Positions 28,704 through 39,456 of a DNA stretch of 64,000 nt are shown here, piece after piece. The stretch is taken from NCBI GenBank assembly GCA_045654505.1, contig JAZONM010000009.1, positions 135-64,134 of the forward strand, written 5' to 3'. Source of the stretch: Clostridia bacterium (lineage in GTDB: Bacteria; Bacillota; Clostridia; Christensenellales; UBA1242). Both the position numbers and the translations under genes were made by a program. Positions within the stretch are counted from its first letter, which is position 1; every line of letters begins with the position of its first letter. Below the pieces are notes generated by a model that ran no database searches, was not told where the DNA came from, and was given only the letters and a program-made list of their open reading frames with translations.

Positions 28704-29327
28704 ATGAAGGATTATACAAAGTATCGAAATTCATATAGGCTTGGAAGTGAAATTGGTACCTTTTTTAAGCACTATAAAAAGATAATAATTTTACTTCTTT
28801 TTCTTGCGCTTCTGGGTATTGTGGCAGGTATATTTACATCTACAAAATATTCGGGCAGCCTTGAACTTGATAATATACCTGATAAAAATTTGGTAGACTT
28901 TATATCAAATGATAAAGGAAGTTTTGGTACATTTTTTGCCTATGCAATAAAGTATTTAATCATAATATTACTTATCATATTTCTCAATATAAACACCTTT
29001 TTTTCAATTGTAAATGTGGTATATATTTTTGTGTTTGGCTATCAGGTAGGTTTTACTGTATATGCCATAATTGCTCTTTACTCTTTTGCGGGTATTGTCA
29101 ATTCGATTATCATAATAATACCTTTCCAATTACTCTTGCTTGCCATTTTGATATTGATAAGTGCTTTATCTATAAATAAAAACAAGATTGTATGTAGGTA
29201 TGGGAGATTGCCTTTTTGCAATAATTACAAACAAATTTACTTGGTGCTTAGCCTGTTGTTTTTTTCTGTGCTCTTTATTTGGTGTATGATTTTGCCTATA
29301 ATAAAAATAACAATTATTATCAATTAA
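28704..29327 (+). CDS. Polytopic membrane protein, SpoIIM-like (stage II sporulation protein M family)
   Basis: 207 aa with about 5 TM segments. The N-terminal cytoplasmic segment followed by TM resembles SpoIIM. spoIIM lies near drm/deoB and punA in B. subtilis. The assignment rests on architecture and synteny only. Confidence 0.45.
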   Translation: MKDYTKYRNSYRLGSEIGTFFKHYKKIIILLLFLALLGIVAGIFTSTKYSGSLELDNIPDKNLVDFISNDKGSFGTFFAYAIKYLIIILLIIFLNINTFFSIVNVVYIFVFGYQVGFTVYAIIALYSFAGIVNSIIIIIPFQLLLLAILILISALSINKNKIVCRYGRLPFCNNYKQIYLVLSLLFFSVLFIWCMILPIIKITIIIN

Positions 29328-29376
29328 ATAGATAATTTTTTAAAAGTGTGATAAAATTCTTCTATAGGGAGAATAT

Positions 29377-30528
29377 ATGAGAATTTTTTTAATTGTAGTA
29401 GATTCCTTTGGTGTGGGTGAAATGCCTGATGCACATATTTATGGAGATGAAGGAAGTAATACTTTTTTAAATATATATCGTAAGACAAAATTGGATTTGC
29501 CTAATTTTGCAAGTCTGGGACTATATTCAATAGATGGAATCAATCTACCTACTAAAAGAAAAATAGTAGGAAGTTTTTGCAGATTAGGAGAGAAAACACC
29601 TGCTAAAGACACCACAGCAGGACATTATGAAATGATGGGTATTGTGACAAAACATCCAAATCCTACATATCCAAATGGATTTCCTAAAGATGTTATTAAA
29701 AAACTTGAGAAAAAATGTAATTGTCAATTTTTAGGGAATGTAGTTGCTAGCGGTACAGAGATAATAAAAGAATTGGGTGCAGAGCATATAAAAACAAAGA
29801 AGCCAATCCTTTATACTTCTGCAGATTCAGTTTTGCAAATAGCTTCTCATGTAGACGTAATACCTCTTGAGAGATTGTATGAAATATGTGCTATTGCAAG
29901 AAAGGTTATGCAAGGCAGAAATAATGTCGGAAGAATTATTGCTCGACCATTTGCTGGCAAGATTGGTGAATTCTATCGTACTCCTGATAGACGCGACTAT
30001 GCTTTACTACCACCTAAGAAGAGTGTATTAGATATACTCAAGAAAAAAGGTAAGGATGTAATAGGGGTCGGTAAAATTGCTGATATATTTTGTAATCAAG
30101 GTATAACTGAAGATTATCATACAAAAACAAATAAAGATGGAATGGCTAAAGTATTGGAGCTGTTGGAGAAAGACTTTGAAGGACTGTGTTTTGCAAATTT
30201 TGTAGAAACCGACTCACTATATGGTCATAGAAATGATATTGAAGGTTATGCAAAAGCATTGATGGAGATTGATGCCTTCTTGCCAAAGTTTATGAAAAAC
30301 ATGCGAGAAGACGATGTACTTATTGTGTGTGCAGATCATGGTTGTGATCCATCGACTGAAAGCACTGATCACAGTAGGGAGTATGTGCCTTGTCTAATAT
30401 ATGGAAATAAAATAAAACCGGGTGTCAATTTAGGGACTCTTAATGGCTTTGATAATATTGGACAATTTGTGCTGTACTTACACAATCTTAAAGATGGCAG
30501 TATTATTGCCGAAGAAATACTAAAGTAA
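29377..30528 (+). CDS. deoB: Phosphopentomutase
   Basis: Contains MRIFLIVVDSFGVGEMPDA, TTAGHYEMMG and ADHGCDP. Confidence 0.9.
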   Translation: MRIFLIVVDSFGVGEMPDAHIYGDEGSNTFLNIYRKTKLDLPNFASLGLYSIDGINLPTKRKIVGSFCRLGEKTPAKDTTAGHYEMMGIVTKHPNPTYPNGFPKDVIKKLEKKCNCQFLGNVVASGTEIIKELGAEHIKTKKPILYTSADSVLQIASHVDVIPLERLYEICAIARKVMQGRNNVGRIIARPFAGKIGEFYRTPDRRDYALLPPKKSVLDILKKKGKDVIGVGKIADIFCNQGITEDYHTKTNKDGMAKVLELLEKDFEGLCFANFVETDSLYGHRNDIEGYAKALMEIDAFLPKFMKNMREDDVLIVCADHGCDPSTESTDHSREYVPCLIYGNKIKPGVNLGTLNGFDNIGQFVLYLHNLKDGSIIAEEILK

Positions 30529-30540
30529 TTGGAGGTATAT

Positions 30541-31248
30541 ATGTCAACACCACATATCAATGCAAATCTTGGAGATATTGCGCCACTTGTAATTATGTCG
30601 GGTGACCCCCTTAGAGCTAAATACATATCTGAAAAATATTTGCAAAATGCAAAGCAGGTAAATAAAGTCAGAAATATGTTTGCTTACACAGGAGAGTATA
30701 AAGGAAAACGTATCACTGTAATGGGACACGGTATGGGTATGGGTTCGGCGTGTATTTATTTTCACGAATTGTATAATGTGTATAATGTAGATAAAATTAT
30801 TCGTGTTGGTAGCTGTGGAGCACTTAAAGATGGACTAAAACTTTTTGATACTATAATTGTAAATTCTGCTATGACAGACAGCAATATTGGAAAATTGCTA
30901 GGTATAAAGCAAACAAAGCTTCCTTCTGACCAAAATCTACTTATTAGTGCAATAAAGGTAAGTGATATTGAAAATGACAAAACAGTAAAGGTCGGGGATA
31001 TCTATACTAGTGATGTATATTATACTCCGAATAATGTTGCAAACGATAAATTTACGAAGAAGGGTGCTTATGGTGTAGAAATGGAGAGTTTTGGATTATT
31101 CGCGACAGCACTTCTTGCAAAAAAACAGGCTCTTGCTATTATGACAGTGTCTAATATAATTGGAGATCCTAAAGAGACAACAAGTGAGGAAAGGGAAAAG
31201 GGTTTTAATAAAATGATAGAGATAGCCCTTGATACTATTGTTATCTAA
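30541..31248 (+). CDS. deoD: Purine nucleoside phosphorylase, DeoD type
   Basis: Contains STPHINANLGDIAPLVIMSGDPLRAKYISE, VMGHGMGMGS and GVEMES. GGAGG at 30531 precedes the ATG at 30541. Confidence 0.9.
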   Translation: MSTPHINANLGDIAPLVIMSGDPLRAKYISEKYLQNAKQVNKVRNMFAYTGEYKGKRITVMGHGMGMGSACIYFHELYNVYNVDKIIRVGSCGALKDGLKLFDTIIVNSAMTDSNIGKLLGIKQTKLPSDQNLLISAIKVSDIENDKTVKVGDIYTSDVYYTPNNVANDKFTKKGAYGVEMESFGLFATALLAKKQALAIMTVSNIIGDPKETTSEEREKGFNKMIEIALDTIVI

Positions 31249-31321
31249 CAGCTCAATAAATATATCTATTTAGTTTTGTGAATACTATTTTTAGTGATAT
31301 AATATCGATAAAGAGGTACAC

Positions 31322-33592
31322 ATGAGAAAAAGGTGGTTGGCAAGTTTAATATGCTTTATTATGCTGTCTTCAGTGGTTCTTTTTTCGGCGTGTACTGGAG
31401 GTAGTGATGCTACTTCTGATACAGACCCAAAATTACAAGGAATACTTGATAGTGTAGAGGAAGGTGTAGATTTTGAAGCCTTTACATACACTTACTATGA
31501 CGCAGATGGCAGAAAATTGTTGGGCAGTGCATTTAAAGAGGCATATGTCTTTGTAGATCCAGGCTCGGATGGCTTATATTATGATAAAAAGACTAAGTCC
31601 ACCATAACTTTTGCCGATATGGCTGAAAGAGAAGCTGATACATTGGCACAAAACCTTGCACATAGACTTATAGCTACTTATGGCGATCATACTATAGCAG
31701 ATATCGTGATAAGTGAGGAGATAAAGGAAGGGATTGACACAAATTTAAGTGCAGATGTTCTGGAAAGTGATTATAGTATTAGATTTAATACAGCTAATGC
31801 TTTAGGTGAAAATATAAAGGAAAATACACAATTTAAAGATGAAGTTATAAATGAAAGTACTCCTTCAAGATATTTTTTAAATGACGAATACCTACTATCC
31901 TTGCTTATGGGCATACATGATGTGACTGAAGCAGGAGTACCACAAGCTGTTTTAGATGACTTTGCTGTTCTTAAAAAGTTTATTGTATTAGATGAGATAG
32001 TAAAAGAAGGTGAGACACCTGAAAATGTTGTTGTTATGTCGGGTGCTGGTTTTGATGCAACAATAAATAAAGAAGTTGAAATTATTGCTTCCACAGCTAC
32101 AGCTAACACTGATCATGAATGGGAGATTATGAAATCAGGATCTTCCGACCCTATATTTGATGTTTTGAAAAACCAACTTGTAGAAATAATTCTTCAAGTA
32201 AAATCTGGATTAAGTATGAGCTATGAGAATATAGATCATCTTGGTTTTACAAAAAATGATCTTACATATCTTAAGTCTTTGATTATTGAGAATATAATCG
32301 GCGAAGCCAACTATGAATACGATATGGAGGGTTTTGAGGCGATACTAGATGCTTCGTCAAATCAAATATCAAATGCTGATTATTATGTTACATTAAATAA
32401 AGACGATGCTGAAAACATTCGAATCAATGGCTCAAGTCAGTTTGAAACCGAATATCAAAACATCAAGGCTAAATATGCTTCAATCAAATCGGAGAAAGAA
32501 GATTTGGATGAGATGCTTGCTTCATTAGGGGCATCTGATGATACTTATAAAGCCGCATTAGAAGAATATAATAGAAATTATGAATTGTATATTCAAAATT
32601 ATAATACTTTTATGTCAGACCATGTCACTCAAGATTATATTAAAATGCTAAACTACAAAGGTTATGATGTGGCATTGGATGCAATGATAGAATCTGCATT
32701 AAATAGTCCTCAATTTATTCTTGAGGAGGCTATTCCTGAAGAAGGTGTAGGTGCTGAAAGTCTTTATCCTATATTTCCGCGTATTCAAGTATTGATTGTT
32801 CCTGGAATGTATCTGGGTGGTGAATATGACGAATCAATGGAAGAAGATTTGGAAGAAGATGAAGAAGGTAATTATGATTATGAGGACATGGCAAATAAAT
32901 CTGAGTTTGATGCGACTCAAGAGCCAGTCACAACAATGGAACCATATCTTCCTTTTTGGAAAATATTGTCTATTGTTTATAAACCGGACGATGTATATGG
33001 TGTAAATAATGTTACTAGTGAGCAAATAAATGGAATTATTATCCCTGATATGGATATAGCATTTGTCGGTGAGGTCGGATACACTTCAATGATTGAAAGT
33101 ACAATATCATATGTTGTGGGCGGGAATGAAGTTATACCACCTGGTGAAAAATTTGTAACTGATGAGCTTGTTGATGATGTTTGTCCTGATATGACTGCTT
33201 CTGATTATCCAGATAATCACTATATTTCATTATTTGACCTTTTAAAAACGGAAAAGGAAGACCTAAACAACTATGTTATGGGGGCATACAATGGTGTAGA
33301 CATTAAGACACTTGCCGAGACCAATGATCAAATAAAGATTGGCAAAATAACAACAAGTGATGGCACAGTATACTACGAGCAAGTTGATGGTTTGCCAGTT
33401 GATGAAAATTTCATTACACTTGTTGAGACTGAAAGTGGAAATGTAATCAGTATGCCGGGTTTGGGTGAAAACTATCTAAAGCTTGATATTAACTTTAACA
33501 AGATTACCACGACTAATGGCGCTGATGTTACAAATACTAAAAAACGTACAGAATTAGGTATTATTACAGTAGAGCCACATACTGCATCTTAA
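31322..33592 (+). CDS. Large acidic lipoprotein, function unknown
   Basis: Signal peptide plus lipobox (MRKRWLASLICFIMLSSVVLFSAC). 756 aa, Asp/Glu-rich, with an acidic patch EEDLEEDEEGNYDYED. No family recognised. Own extended -10 element (TGATATAAT) and a strong terminator. Confidence 0.65.
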   Translation: MRKRWLASLICFIMLSSVVLFSACTGGSDATSDTDPKLQGILDSVEEGVDFEAFTYTYYDADGRKLLGSAFKEAYVFVDPGSDGLYYDKKTKSTITFADMAEREADTLAQNLAHRLIATYGDHTIADIVISEEIKEGIDTNLSADVLESDYSIRFNTANALGENIKENTQFKDEVINESTPSRYFLNDEYLLSLLMGIHDVTEAGVPQAVLDDFAVLKKFIVLDEIVKEGETPENVVVMSGAGFDATINKEVEIIASTATANTDHEWEIMKSGSSDPIFDVLKNQLVEIILQVKSGLSMSYENIDHLGFTKNDLTYLKSLIIENIIGEANYEYDMEGFEAILDASSNQISNADYYVTLNKDDAENIRINGSSQFETEYQNIKAKYASIKSEKEDLDEMLASLGASDDTYKAALEEYNRNYELYIQNYNTFMSDHVTQDYIKMLNYKGYDVALDAMIESALNSPQFILEEAIPEEGVGAESLYPIFPRIQVLIVPGMYLGGEYDESMEEDLEEDEEGNYDYEDMANKSEFDATQEPVTTMEPYLPFWKILSIVYKPDDVYGVNNVTSEQINGIIIPDMDIAFVGEVGYTSMIESTISYVVGGNEVIPPGEKFVTDELVDDVCPDMTASDYPDNHYISLFDLLKTEKEDLNNYVMGAYNGVDIKTLAETNDQIKIGKITTSDGTVYYEQVDGLPVDENFITLVETESGNVISMPGLGENYLKLDINFNKITTTNGADVTNTKKRTELGIITVEPHTAS

Positions 33593-33596
33593 TTAA

Positions 33597-33631
33597 AGAA
33601 AAACAAGTATTTTGCTTGTTTTTCTTTTTTT
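33597..33631 (+). terminator. Rho-independent terminator
   Basis: 11-bp stem AGAAAAACAAG / CTTGTTTTTCT followed by a T-run. Confidence 0.8.
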
Positions 33632-33715
33632 ATCTGCTTGTAAATATCTTTTATTGGTAATAAAATTACATATTTTTCTTTATGTTGGAGAAAATACAAC
33701 AAATAGGAGAAATAT

Positions 33716-34885
33716 ATGAAAAAGATTTTGTGTTTGTTATTAGGCTTTTTATTTTGTTTTGGTGCATTTAATCTAGTAAGTAGTGAGAAGTTGGCGCTTG
33801 CAGAGAGTCAATTTTCTGGATTTTCTAGTGATAGTTATGTCCTTGTGGATAAGGATACCGGAGAAGTTTTGGTAAATAAGAATGGTAGCCAGAAAATGCA
33901 AGTGGCTAGTATTTGCAAACTTATGACATCTTTAATTGCGCTAGAGTATATTGATGCTGGAAAACTTAGTCTTGATGACAAACTGATTGCTAGTGAACAT
34001 GCCTGCAGTATGGAGGGTAGTCAAGCTTTTTTAGATGCTGGAAGTGAGTATCTTGTAAGAGATCTATTGAAAAGTGTTGTTGTCGCATCTGCCAATGATA
34101 GTGCTGTTGTGCTAGCCGAACACATTGCTGGAAGTGAGAATGACTTTGTAAAAATGATGAATAGTCGAGCAAAAGAATTGGGTATGACAAATACTATTTA
34201 TGCTAATTCGACAGGTCTCGAGGCTCCAAATCAATATAGTACTGCACTTGACACGGCGAAGATTTTGAGTGAAATAAATAAACATAATATATACAAAGAA
34301 GACTGTAAAATATGGATGGATGATTTTGTTCATCCAAGCGGAAGAGTGACTCAATTGGTAAATACTAATCGGCTAATTAAATATTACGAGCCATGTGTCA
34401 GTGGTAAAACAGGTTTTACAGATGATGCTGGATATTGCCTTAGTGCGTGTGCAGAAAAAAACAATATGAGCCTAATTGCGGTAACATTAAAATGCAAAGA
34501 TAGTGCAAGTAGATTTAGAGAATGTATGGATTTACTTAATTATGGTTTTAATCATTATGAGAATGCAACAATTATTAAGGGCGGAGATGTAGTAGTAAAC
34601 AGTGTTAAAGTTTTGCAAGGCAAGTCAGAGAATGTCAAACTTGTTTTTGAAAAGGACTTCAGTGTATTGAAAAAACGTGGAGACAAAACGAGTATTACTA
34701 CAAATTTAAACTTGCCACATGAAATAAAAGCACCACTTGAGGAAGGTAGCATTATTGGACATATTGATATTTTAAAAGATGGTGTAATATTGGGAAAAGT
34801 GAATATACTTGCTGCTGAAAAGATAGAAAAGCATAATTATAAAGACGCGATAGAAAAAATATATAGAGAGTGGAATGTATTGTAA
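33716..34885 (+). CDS. D-alanyl-D-alanine carboxypeptidase (S11 penicillin-binding protein, DacF/DacA-like)
   Basis: Signal peptide; SxxK motif (ASICKLMT), SxN (SANDS) and KTG (GKTGFT). Confidence 0.85.
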   Translation: MKKILCLLLGFLFCFGAFNLVSSEKLALAESQFSGFSSDSYVLVDKDTGEVLVNKNGSQKMQVASICKLMTSLIALEYIDAGKLSLDDKLIASEHACSMEGSQAFLDAGSEYLVRDLLKSVVVASANDSAVVLAEHIAGSENDFVKMMNSRAKELGMTNTIYANSTGLEAPNQYSTALDTAKILSEINKHNIYKEDCKIWMDDFVHPSGRVTQLVNTNRLIKYYEPCVSGKTGFTDDAGYCLSACAEKNNMSLIAVTLKCKDSASRFRECMDLLNYGFNHYENATIIKGGDVVVNSVKVLQGKSENVKLVFEKDFSVLKKRGDKTSITTNLNLPHEIKAPLEEGSIIGHIDILKDGVILGKVNILAAEKIEKHNYKDAIEKIYREWNVL

Positions 34886-35002
34886 TCATAATTCCAAAAT
34901 TTAGCAATAATGAGTTTTGAAAAGTCCTTTTTAAAGGGCTTTTTTTAATTGTCTTTTTTAACAATTTAATATATACTATATAAGAATTGTTTAGGAGAAA
35001 TT

Positions 35003-35656
35003 ATGCTATTATATCTTAGAAACATTTTTAGTGGGAATGAGTTTTTGCTGGCGGCATTTTTATATGTCGTTATACTTGTTTTGACTTTCTCCATTCACGA
35101 ATTTGCACATGCTTTTGTTGCGTATAAATGTGGTGATATCACTCCTAAAGCAATGGGACGCGTGACCCTTAATCCTTTTGCTCATATCGATCCATTTGGT
35201 TTGCTTTGTAGTGTGTTGTTTTTATTTGGTTGGGCAAAACCTGTACAAATAAATCCACTTAATTTTAAAAATCAAAAGAAGGGTATGCTTCTTGTTTCGT
35301 GTGCTGGTGTTATTGCAAACTTGATTATCGCATTTGTATCATGTGGTATAGCTAGTGCTCTGCTTGTTTTTGCAGATCTAAGCAACACTGCTGTATTTAT
35401 TATTTGGATGTTTTTTAGTATTCTTTACACATTCAATGTATCAATTGCTGTATTTAATTTCTTACCAATTTATCCTTTGGATGGTTTTCAGTTTGTCTTT
35501 GCTTTAAGCAAACCTAACAGCAAATTCATCAACTTTATGGTTAAGTATGGTATGATAATTATGCTGGTTTTGCTTTTCTTTGCAAGTGGGATACTTGATT
35601 GGCTGATTGGTGTTATCTGCTTGCCAATAGAATTATTTTGGGGGTTGATTTTTTAA
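35003..35656 (+). CDS. M50-family site-2 zinc metalloprotease
   Basis: HEFAHAF zinc motif in TM1 and NFLPIYPLDG motif. 217-aa polytopic protein. Confidence 0.8.
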   Translation: MLLYLRNIFSGNEFLLAAFLYVVILVLTFSIHEFAHAFVAYKCGDITPKAMGRVTLNPFAHIDPFGLLCSVLFLFGWAKPVQINPLNFKNQKKGMLLVSCAGVIANLIIAFVSCGIASALLVFADLSNTAVFIIWMFFSILYTFNVSIAVFNFLPIYPLDGFQFVFALSKPNSKFINFMVKYGMIIMLVLLFFASGILDWLIGVICLPIELFWGLIF

Positions 35657-36423
35657 TGGAAGAATATAATGAAATCAATTCGGTGCAATTCAAACTTGAT
35701 AATTTTGAGGGACCATTAGATCTTCTTTTACATCTTATTAAAAAGAGTAAGATGGAGATTGAAGAGGTTGAGCTTTCAAAAATAACTGAGCAATATCTTG
35801 AGATTATAAATAATCTGAGTGAAGTAGATATGGACAGTGCAAGTGAATTTATCGAACTCGCTGCGACTCTTATCGAAATTAAAAGCAAAAGCTTACTTCC
35901 AAAACTTGAAGAAGAAACGCCTGATGAAGAGGACCCTGAATATCTATTAAAGATAAGACTTCAAGAATATAAGTTGCTTAAAGAAACCACCGAACTTTTA
36001 AAGCCGATGGAGAATACCAATAGGTTTTATAAAAAGCCTGAGCCTGATGCAAATAAATTTAGATATGTAGTAAAAGACATGAATATGGATATGCTTCTTG
36101 ATGCTTTTGCTCGTATTATGGTTAGGGTGCAAAAGACTGATGAAAAGAAAGAAGAAAAAGAAATACGTAAGGAAAAATTTACAATCGTACAAAAGATTGC
36201 TTCTATAAAAGACAGTCTTATAGTAAGAAAAAAAGTAAATTTCAGTGAGCTTTTTAGTGCTAGTATCTGCAGGGAAGAAATTATCACCACATTTATGGCT
36301 TTATTAGAACTTCTAAAATTGCAAGAGATTCGCGTAAAACAAACAGATAATTTTGCTGACATTGAAATTACTAAATATGAGGAAGAGGAAATAGATAATG
36401 GAAAACTTGAAGGAGATAATTGA
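35656..36423 (+). CDS. scpA: Segregation and condensation protein A (kleisin)
   Basis: Contains FKLDNFEGPLDLLLHLIKKSKMEI. TAATG overlap with the preceding stop. Confidence 0.9.
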   Translation: MEEYNEINSVQFKLDNFEGPLDLLLHLIKKSKMEIEEVELSKITEQYLEIINNLSEVDMDSASEFIELAATLIEIKSKSLLPKLEEETPDEEDPEYLLKIRLQEYKLLKETTELLKPMENTNRFYKKPEPDANKFRYVVKDMNMDMLLDAFARIMVRVQKTDEKKEEKEIRKEKFTIVQKIASIKDSLIVRKKVNFSELFSASICREEIITTFMALLELLKLQEIRVKQTDNFADIEITKYEEEEIDNGKLEGDN

Positions 36424-37108
36424 GAGTATATTATTTGTAGCTGGTGAGCCTGTGGCATTTTTTGACATTGCAGACAAATTGCAATTGGAAGTAGATGAAG
36501 TAAAGAATGCAACACTTCAATTAAAAGAAGAAAAAGAGAAAATGGCAAGTGGCATAAATGTTATGATTTTCAATGATAAGGCCCAACTTTCCAGCAATCC
36601 AAATTATAGTGAAAAAATAGCTGAAGTGCTAAATCCTATTAAGGAGAAAGCCTTAACTAAGGCAGTGCTTGAGGTTTGTGCGATTATTGCTTACAAACAG
36701 CCAATTACCCGTATTGACATTGAGAATGTAAGAGGTGTGAATAGTGACTATGCAATCAATTCTTTAATCGAAAACAATCTTATTGAGGTTGTGGGAAGGA
36801 AAGATGCCGTAGGAAAGCCTTTGTTGTTTGGTACAACTGACAATTTTTTAAAGAAATTCGAACTTACATCTCTAAATGATTTGCCTGATTATGATGATTT
36901 GATAGAAAGGATTAGAGTGCTTCATATGCCAGAAAAGGAAAGTTCGCTTTTCAATTTCACGGATTATAGTGAAAATCCTACAATCAATGATGAAAATCCA
37001 GAAGAGATAGACATTGAAAAAATGCGCAAAAACCTTAATATAAAACTTGATGAATTGGATAGTGTTATGAATGACATCGAATCTGCCGATTCGGAAGAGC
37101 TTGCCTAA
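36398..37108 (+). CDS. scpB: Segregation and condensation protein B
   Basis: Contains IIESILFVAGEPV, IAYKQPITRIDIENVRGV and GKPLLFGTT. Confidence 0.9.
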   Translation: MENLKEIIESILFVAGEPVAFFDIADKLQLEVDEVKNATLQLKEEKEKMASGINVMIFNDKAQLSSNPNYSEKIAEVLNPIKEKALTKAVLEVCAIIAYKQPITRIDIENVRGVNSDYAINSLIENNLIEVVGRKDAVGKPLLFGTTDNFLKKFELTSLNDLPDYDDLIERIRVLHMPEKESSLFNFTDYSENPTINDENPEEIDIEKMRKNLNIKLDELDSVMNDIESADSEELA

Positions 37109-37110
37109 AT

Positions 37111-37136
37111 AAAACGACCTTATGGTCGTTTTTTTA
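37111..37136 (+). terminator. Rho-independent terminator after scpB
   Basis: Stem AAACGACC / GGTCGTTT followed by T7. Confidence 0.8.
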
Positions 37137-37175
37137 TTTGATTCATATCATTACATATTTATCGTGTGAAGTATT

Positions 37176-37820
37176 ATGATTTACTTTTATAAAAATTTAA
37201 ATTTTACTAATACTAAATATATGGAAGTTGCGTTTTTTATTATATTTGGTATCATAACTTTTTTTGTACTTGATTTTAGAATAAGTATTGTAATTATGTA
37301 CGATGCAAGTGAAAATCTTGGCTATATAAAAATAAAAATCTTTGGAATACTTATTTTTGATGGTGAGATAAGCCTTACAAGTGAATACTTCAAAATGGTT
37401 CATGGTAAGAAAAAAGTTATTCAGATAAATTTGCTTAGTATAAATAAAGAGACGATTAGATTGTTTGAAGACATATCAAGCTTATTTTTGAAAAGAATAA
37501 ATTTAGTAAGATTAAAATTGTTTTCTAGGATAAGCGGGGATTCGCCTTATACTATTGCAATGCTTAGTGGTGTAATGAGCAGCATTTATGGATTGTTACT
37601 TACAAAACTTCAAACTGAGTACCCTTATTCGCAACTTGATAAATTATTCGCAACTTCTTTTTGTGGGGGTGAATTTTCTTTAGCTTTTTCGGGTAAGATA
37701 TTTATAAATATTTATGACTTTATTTGGGCGATTGCTCGGGCAATATACATTAGGAGATTTGGTAATTATGGAGAAAAAAGAGACCTCTACGAAAGAAGAA
37801 AGCGTAAACTCAATTATTAA
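37176..37820 (+). CDS. Membrane-anchored hypothetical protein, YtfI-like (DUF2953-type) by position
   Basis: 214 aa with an N-terminal TM, directly upstream of and overlapping a ytfJ/gerW homolog, as ytfI does in B. subtilis. There is no motif-level support. Confidence 0.4.
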   Translation: MIYFYKNLNFTNTKYMEVAFFIIFGIITFFVLDFRISIVIMYDASENLGYIKIKIFGILIFDGEISLTSEYFKMVHGKKKVIQINLLSINKETIRLFEDISSLFLKRINLVRLKLFSRISGDSPYTIAMLSGVMSSIYGLLLTKLQTEYPYSQLDKLFATSFCGGEFSLAFSGKIFINIYDFIWAIARAIYIRRFGNYGEKRDLYERRKRKLNY

Positions 37821-38187
37821 GAGTGCAATGGACAAACTAAAACATTTGGTAGAGACCAATACTGTCATTGGAACACCTGTTAAGATTGAAAACACAAACT
37901 TGATTCCTGTTTCTAAAATAAATGTTGGTTTTGTAGCAGGTGGAGGTGAAGTTAAATGCAATCTAAAAAAAATTAAGTGCGAAAATTATCCTTTTGCAGG
38001 CGGAAGTGGAAGTGGATTTACCATAACACCAATTGGTTTTCTGACAATTACGGAAAACAAGATAGATTTTATATCGACTGATAAAATGGGGGTTGTTAAA
38101 GACTGGGCAAAAATTTCTGGTGATTTTTTAAAAAAGGTCTTTGAGACAGGTGCTGAAAAAATAAAAGGAGAGTATGATGAGGGATAG
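37768..38187 (+). CDS. ytfJ: Sporulation protein YtfJ/GerW family
   Basis: Contains NTVIGTPVKIENTNLIPVSKINVGFVAGGGE and GGSGSGFTITPIGFL. AGGAG RBS precedes the ATG at 37768. It overlaps the upstream ORF by 53 nt. Confidence 0.75.
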   Translation: MEKKETSTKEESVNSIIKSAMDKLKHLVETNTVIGTPVKIENTNLIPVSKINVGFVAGGGEVKCNLKKIKCENYPFAGGSGSGFTITPIGFLTITENKIDFISTDKMGVVKDWAKISGDFLKKVFETGAEKIKGEYDEG

Positions 38188-39319
38188 AGTTTTAAAAACA
38201 ACTACTATATTTTTGTTGATTGCAATATTTGTATCCTCTTTTTCAATTGCAGCAGTGTCGTATGCGGAAGAGATGGAAGTGATGGCTCCTGCTCGCGGAA
38301 TGGTTTTGCTTGAAGGTAATACTAATCAAGTTTTATATGAGTTTAATGCTAATAAGTCACTTCCTATGGCTAGTACAACAAAAATTGTAACTGCCATTGT
38401 CGCTATTGAAAATTATCCAGAACTGGATAAAGTTGTTAGGGTTAGTGATAAAGCTGTCGGAATTGAGGGAACAAGCATATATTTAAAGCACGGCGAGGAA
38501 ATAACTATGCGAGATTTACTATTTGGACTTATTCTCGCCAGTGGAAATGACTGTGCAGTAGCAATAGCAGAAGAGGTTTTTGGAGAGGATAAATTTGTGA
38601 CTAAAATGAACGAATTTGCAAGCAATCTTGGACTATCCTCAACGCATTTTACCAATCCTCATGGTCTTGATGCGGAGGGACATTATACAAGTGCATATGA
38701 CCTTGCATGTATTACCTCATATGCTATGAAAAACCCTATATTTAGGGAAATAGCAGGAACAAAGTACCACAATATTAAAGCTACAAATGTTTATCAAGAA
38801 AGATATTTGAAGCATAAGAATAAGTTGATGTTTTTAGACGATAATTGTATCGGAGTGAAAACGGGTTTTACTGACAATGCTGGGAGATGTCTTGTAAGTG
38901 TATATGAAAAGGATGGTATGCAATTGATATCTGTTGTGCTTAATTGTCAACCTATGTTTGAAGAGGCAAATCGTCTAACTCAGAATGCGCTAAGTGAGTA
39001 TAAATATAAGGAATGGGTAAAACCATATAATTATGTTTCGTCGATAAGTATTGAGGATGGCGATAAAAATGAGATAGGACTTGTGACGATAAAAGGATTT
39101 GCCAATGTTATACGTAAGAGCGAAGAAAGGGAATATCGTGTGGAGTATGATTTGCCTGAGCAGATTGTTGCGCCTATTGAAGCAAATAGACCAATAGGTA
39201 AAGTAAGAGTATATAAAGGTGAAAATGTGATATTTGAGGAGCCATTGTTTGCCATAGACTCTTGTAAAAATATTGACTTGAAATATACACTTGACAACAT
39301 ATTAAATAATTGGATTTAG
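38174..39319 (+). CDS. dacB: D-alanyl-D-alanine carboxypeptidase (S11; DacB-like by synteny after scpAB)
   Basis: Signal peptide; SxxK (ASTTKIVT), SxN (SGND) and KTG (VKTGFT). The start is ATG 38174 or 38177. Confidence 0.8.
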   Translation: MMRDRVLKTTTIFLLIAIFVSSFSIAAVSYAEEMEVMAPARGMVLLEGNTNQVLYEFNANKSLPMASTTKIVTAIVAIENYPELDKVVRVSDKAVGIEGTSIYLKHGEEITMRDLLFGLILASGNDCAVAIAEEVFGEDKFVTKMNEFASNLGLSSTHFTNPHGLDAEGHYTSAYDLACITSYAMKNPIFREIAGTKYHNIKATNVYQERYLKHKNKLMFLDDNCIGVKTGFTDNAGRCLVSVYEKDGMQLISVVLNCQPMFEEANRLTQNALSEYKYKEWVKPYNYVSSISIEDGDKNEIGLVTIKGFANVIRKSEEREYRVEYDLPEQIVAPIEANRPIGKVRVYKGENVIFEEPLFAIDSCKNIDLKYTLDNILNNWI

Positions 39320-39456
39320 AGAAAGTCTAGCATGGCTTTCTTTTTATTGAAAAGATTTAGTTTTATTTTGATTTTGAAATCTACTTCTTTTTTATAAAGG
39401 GTATAATTGTTTGCTAAAAAAGGCTTAATGGTTTAAAATAAACATTGGAGAAAAAT

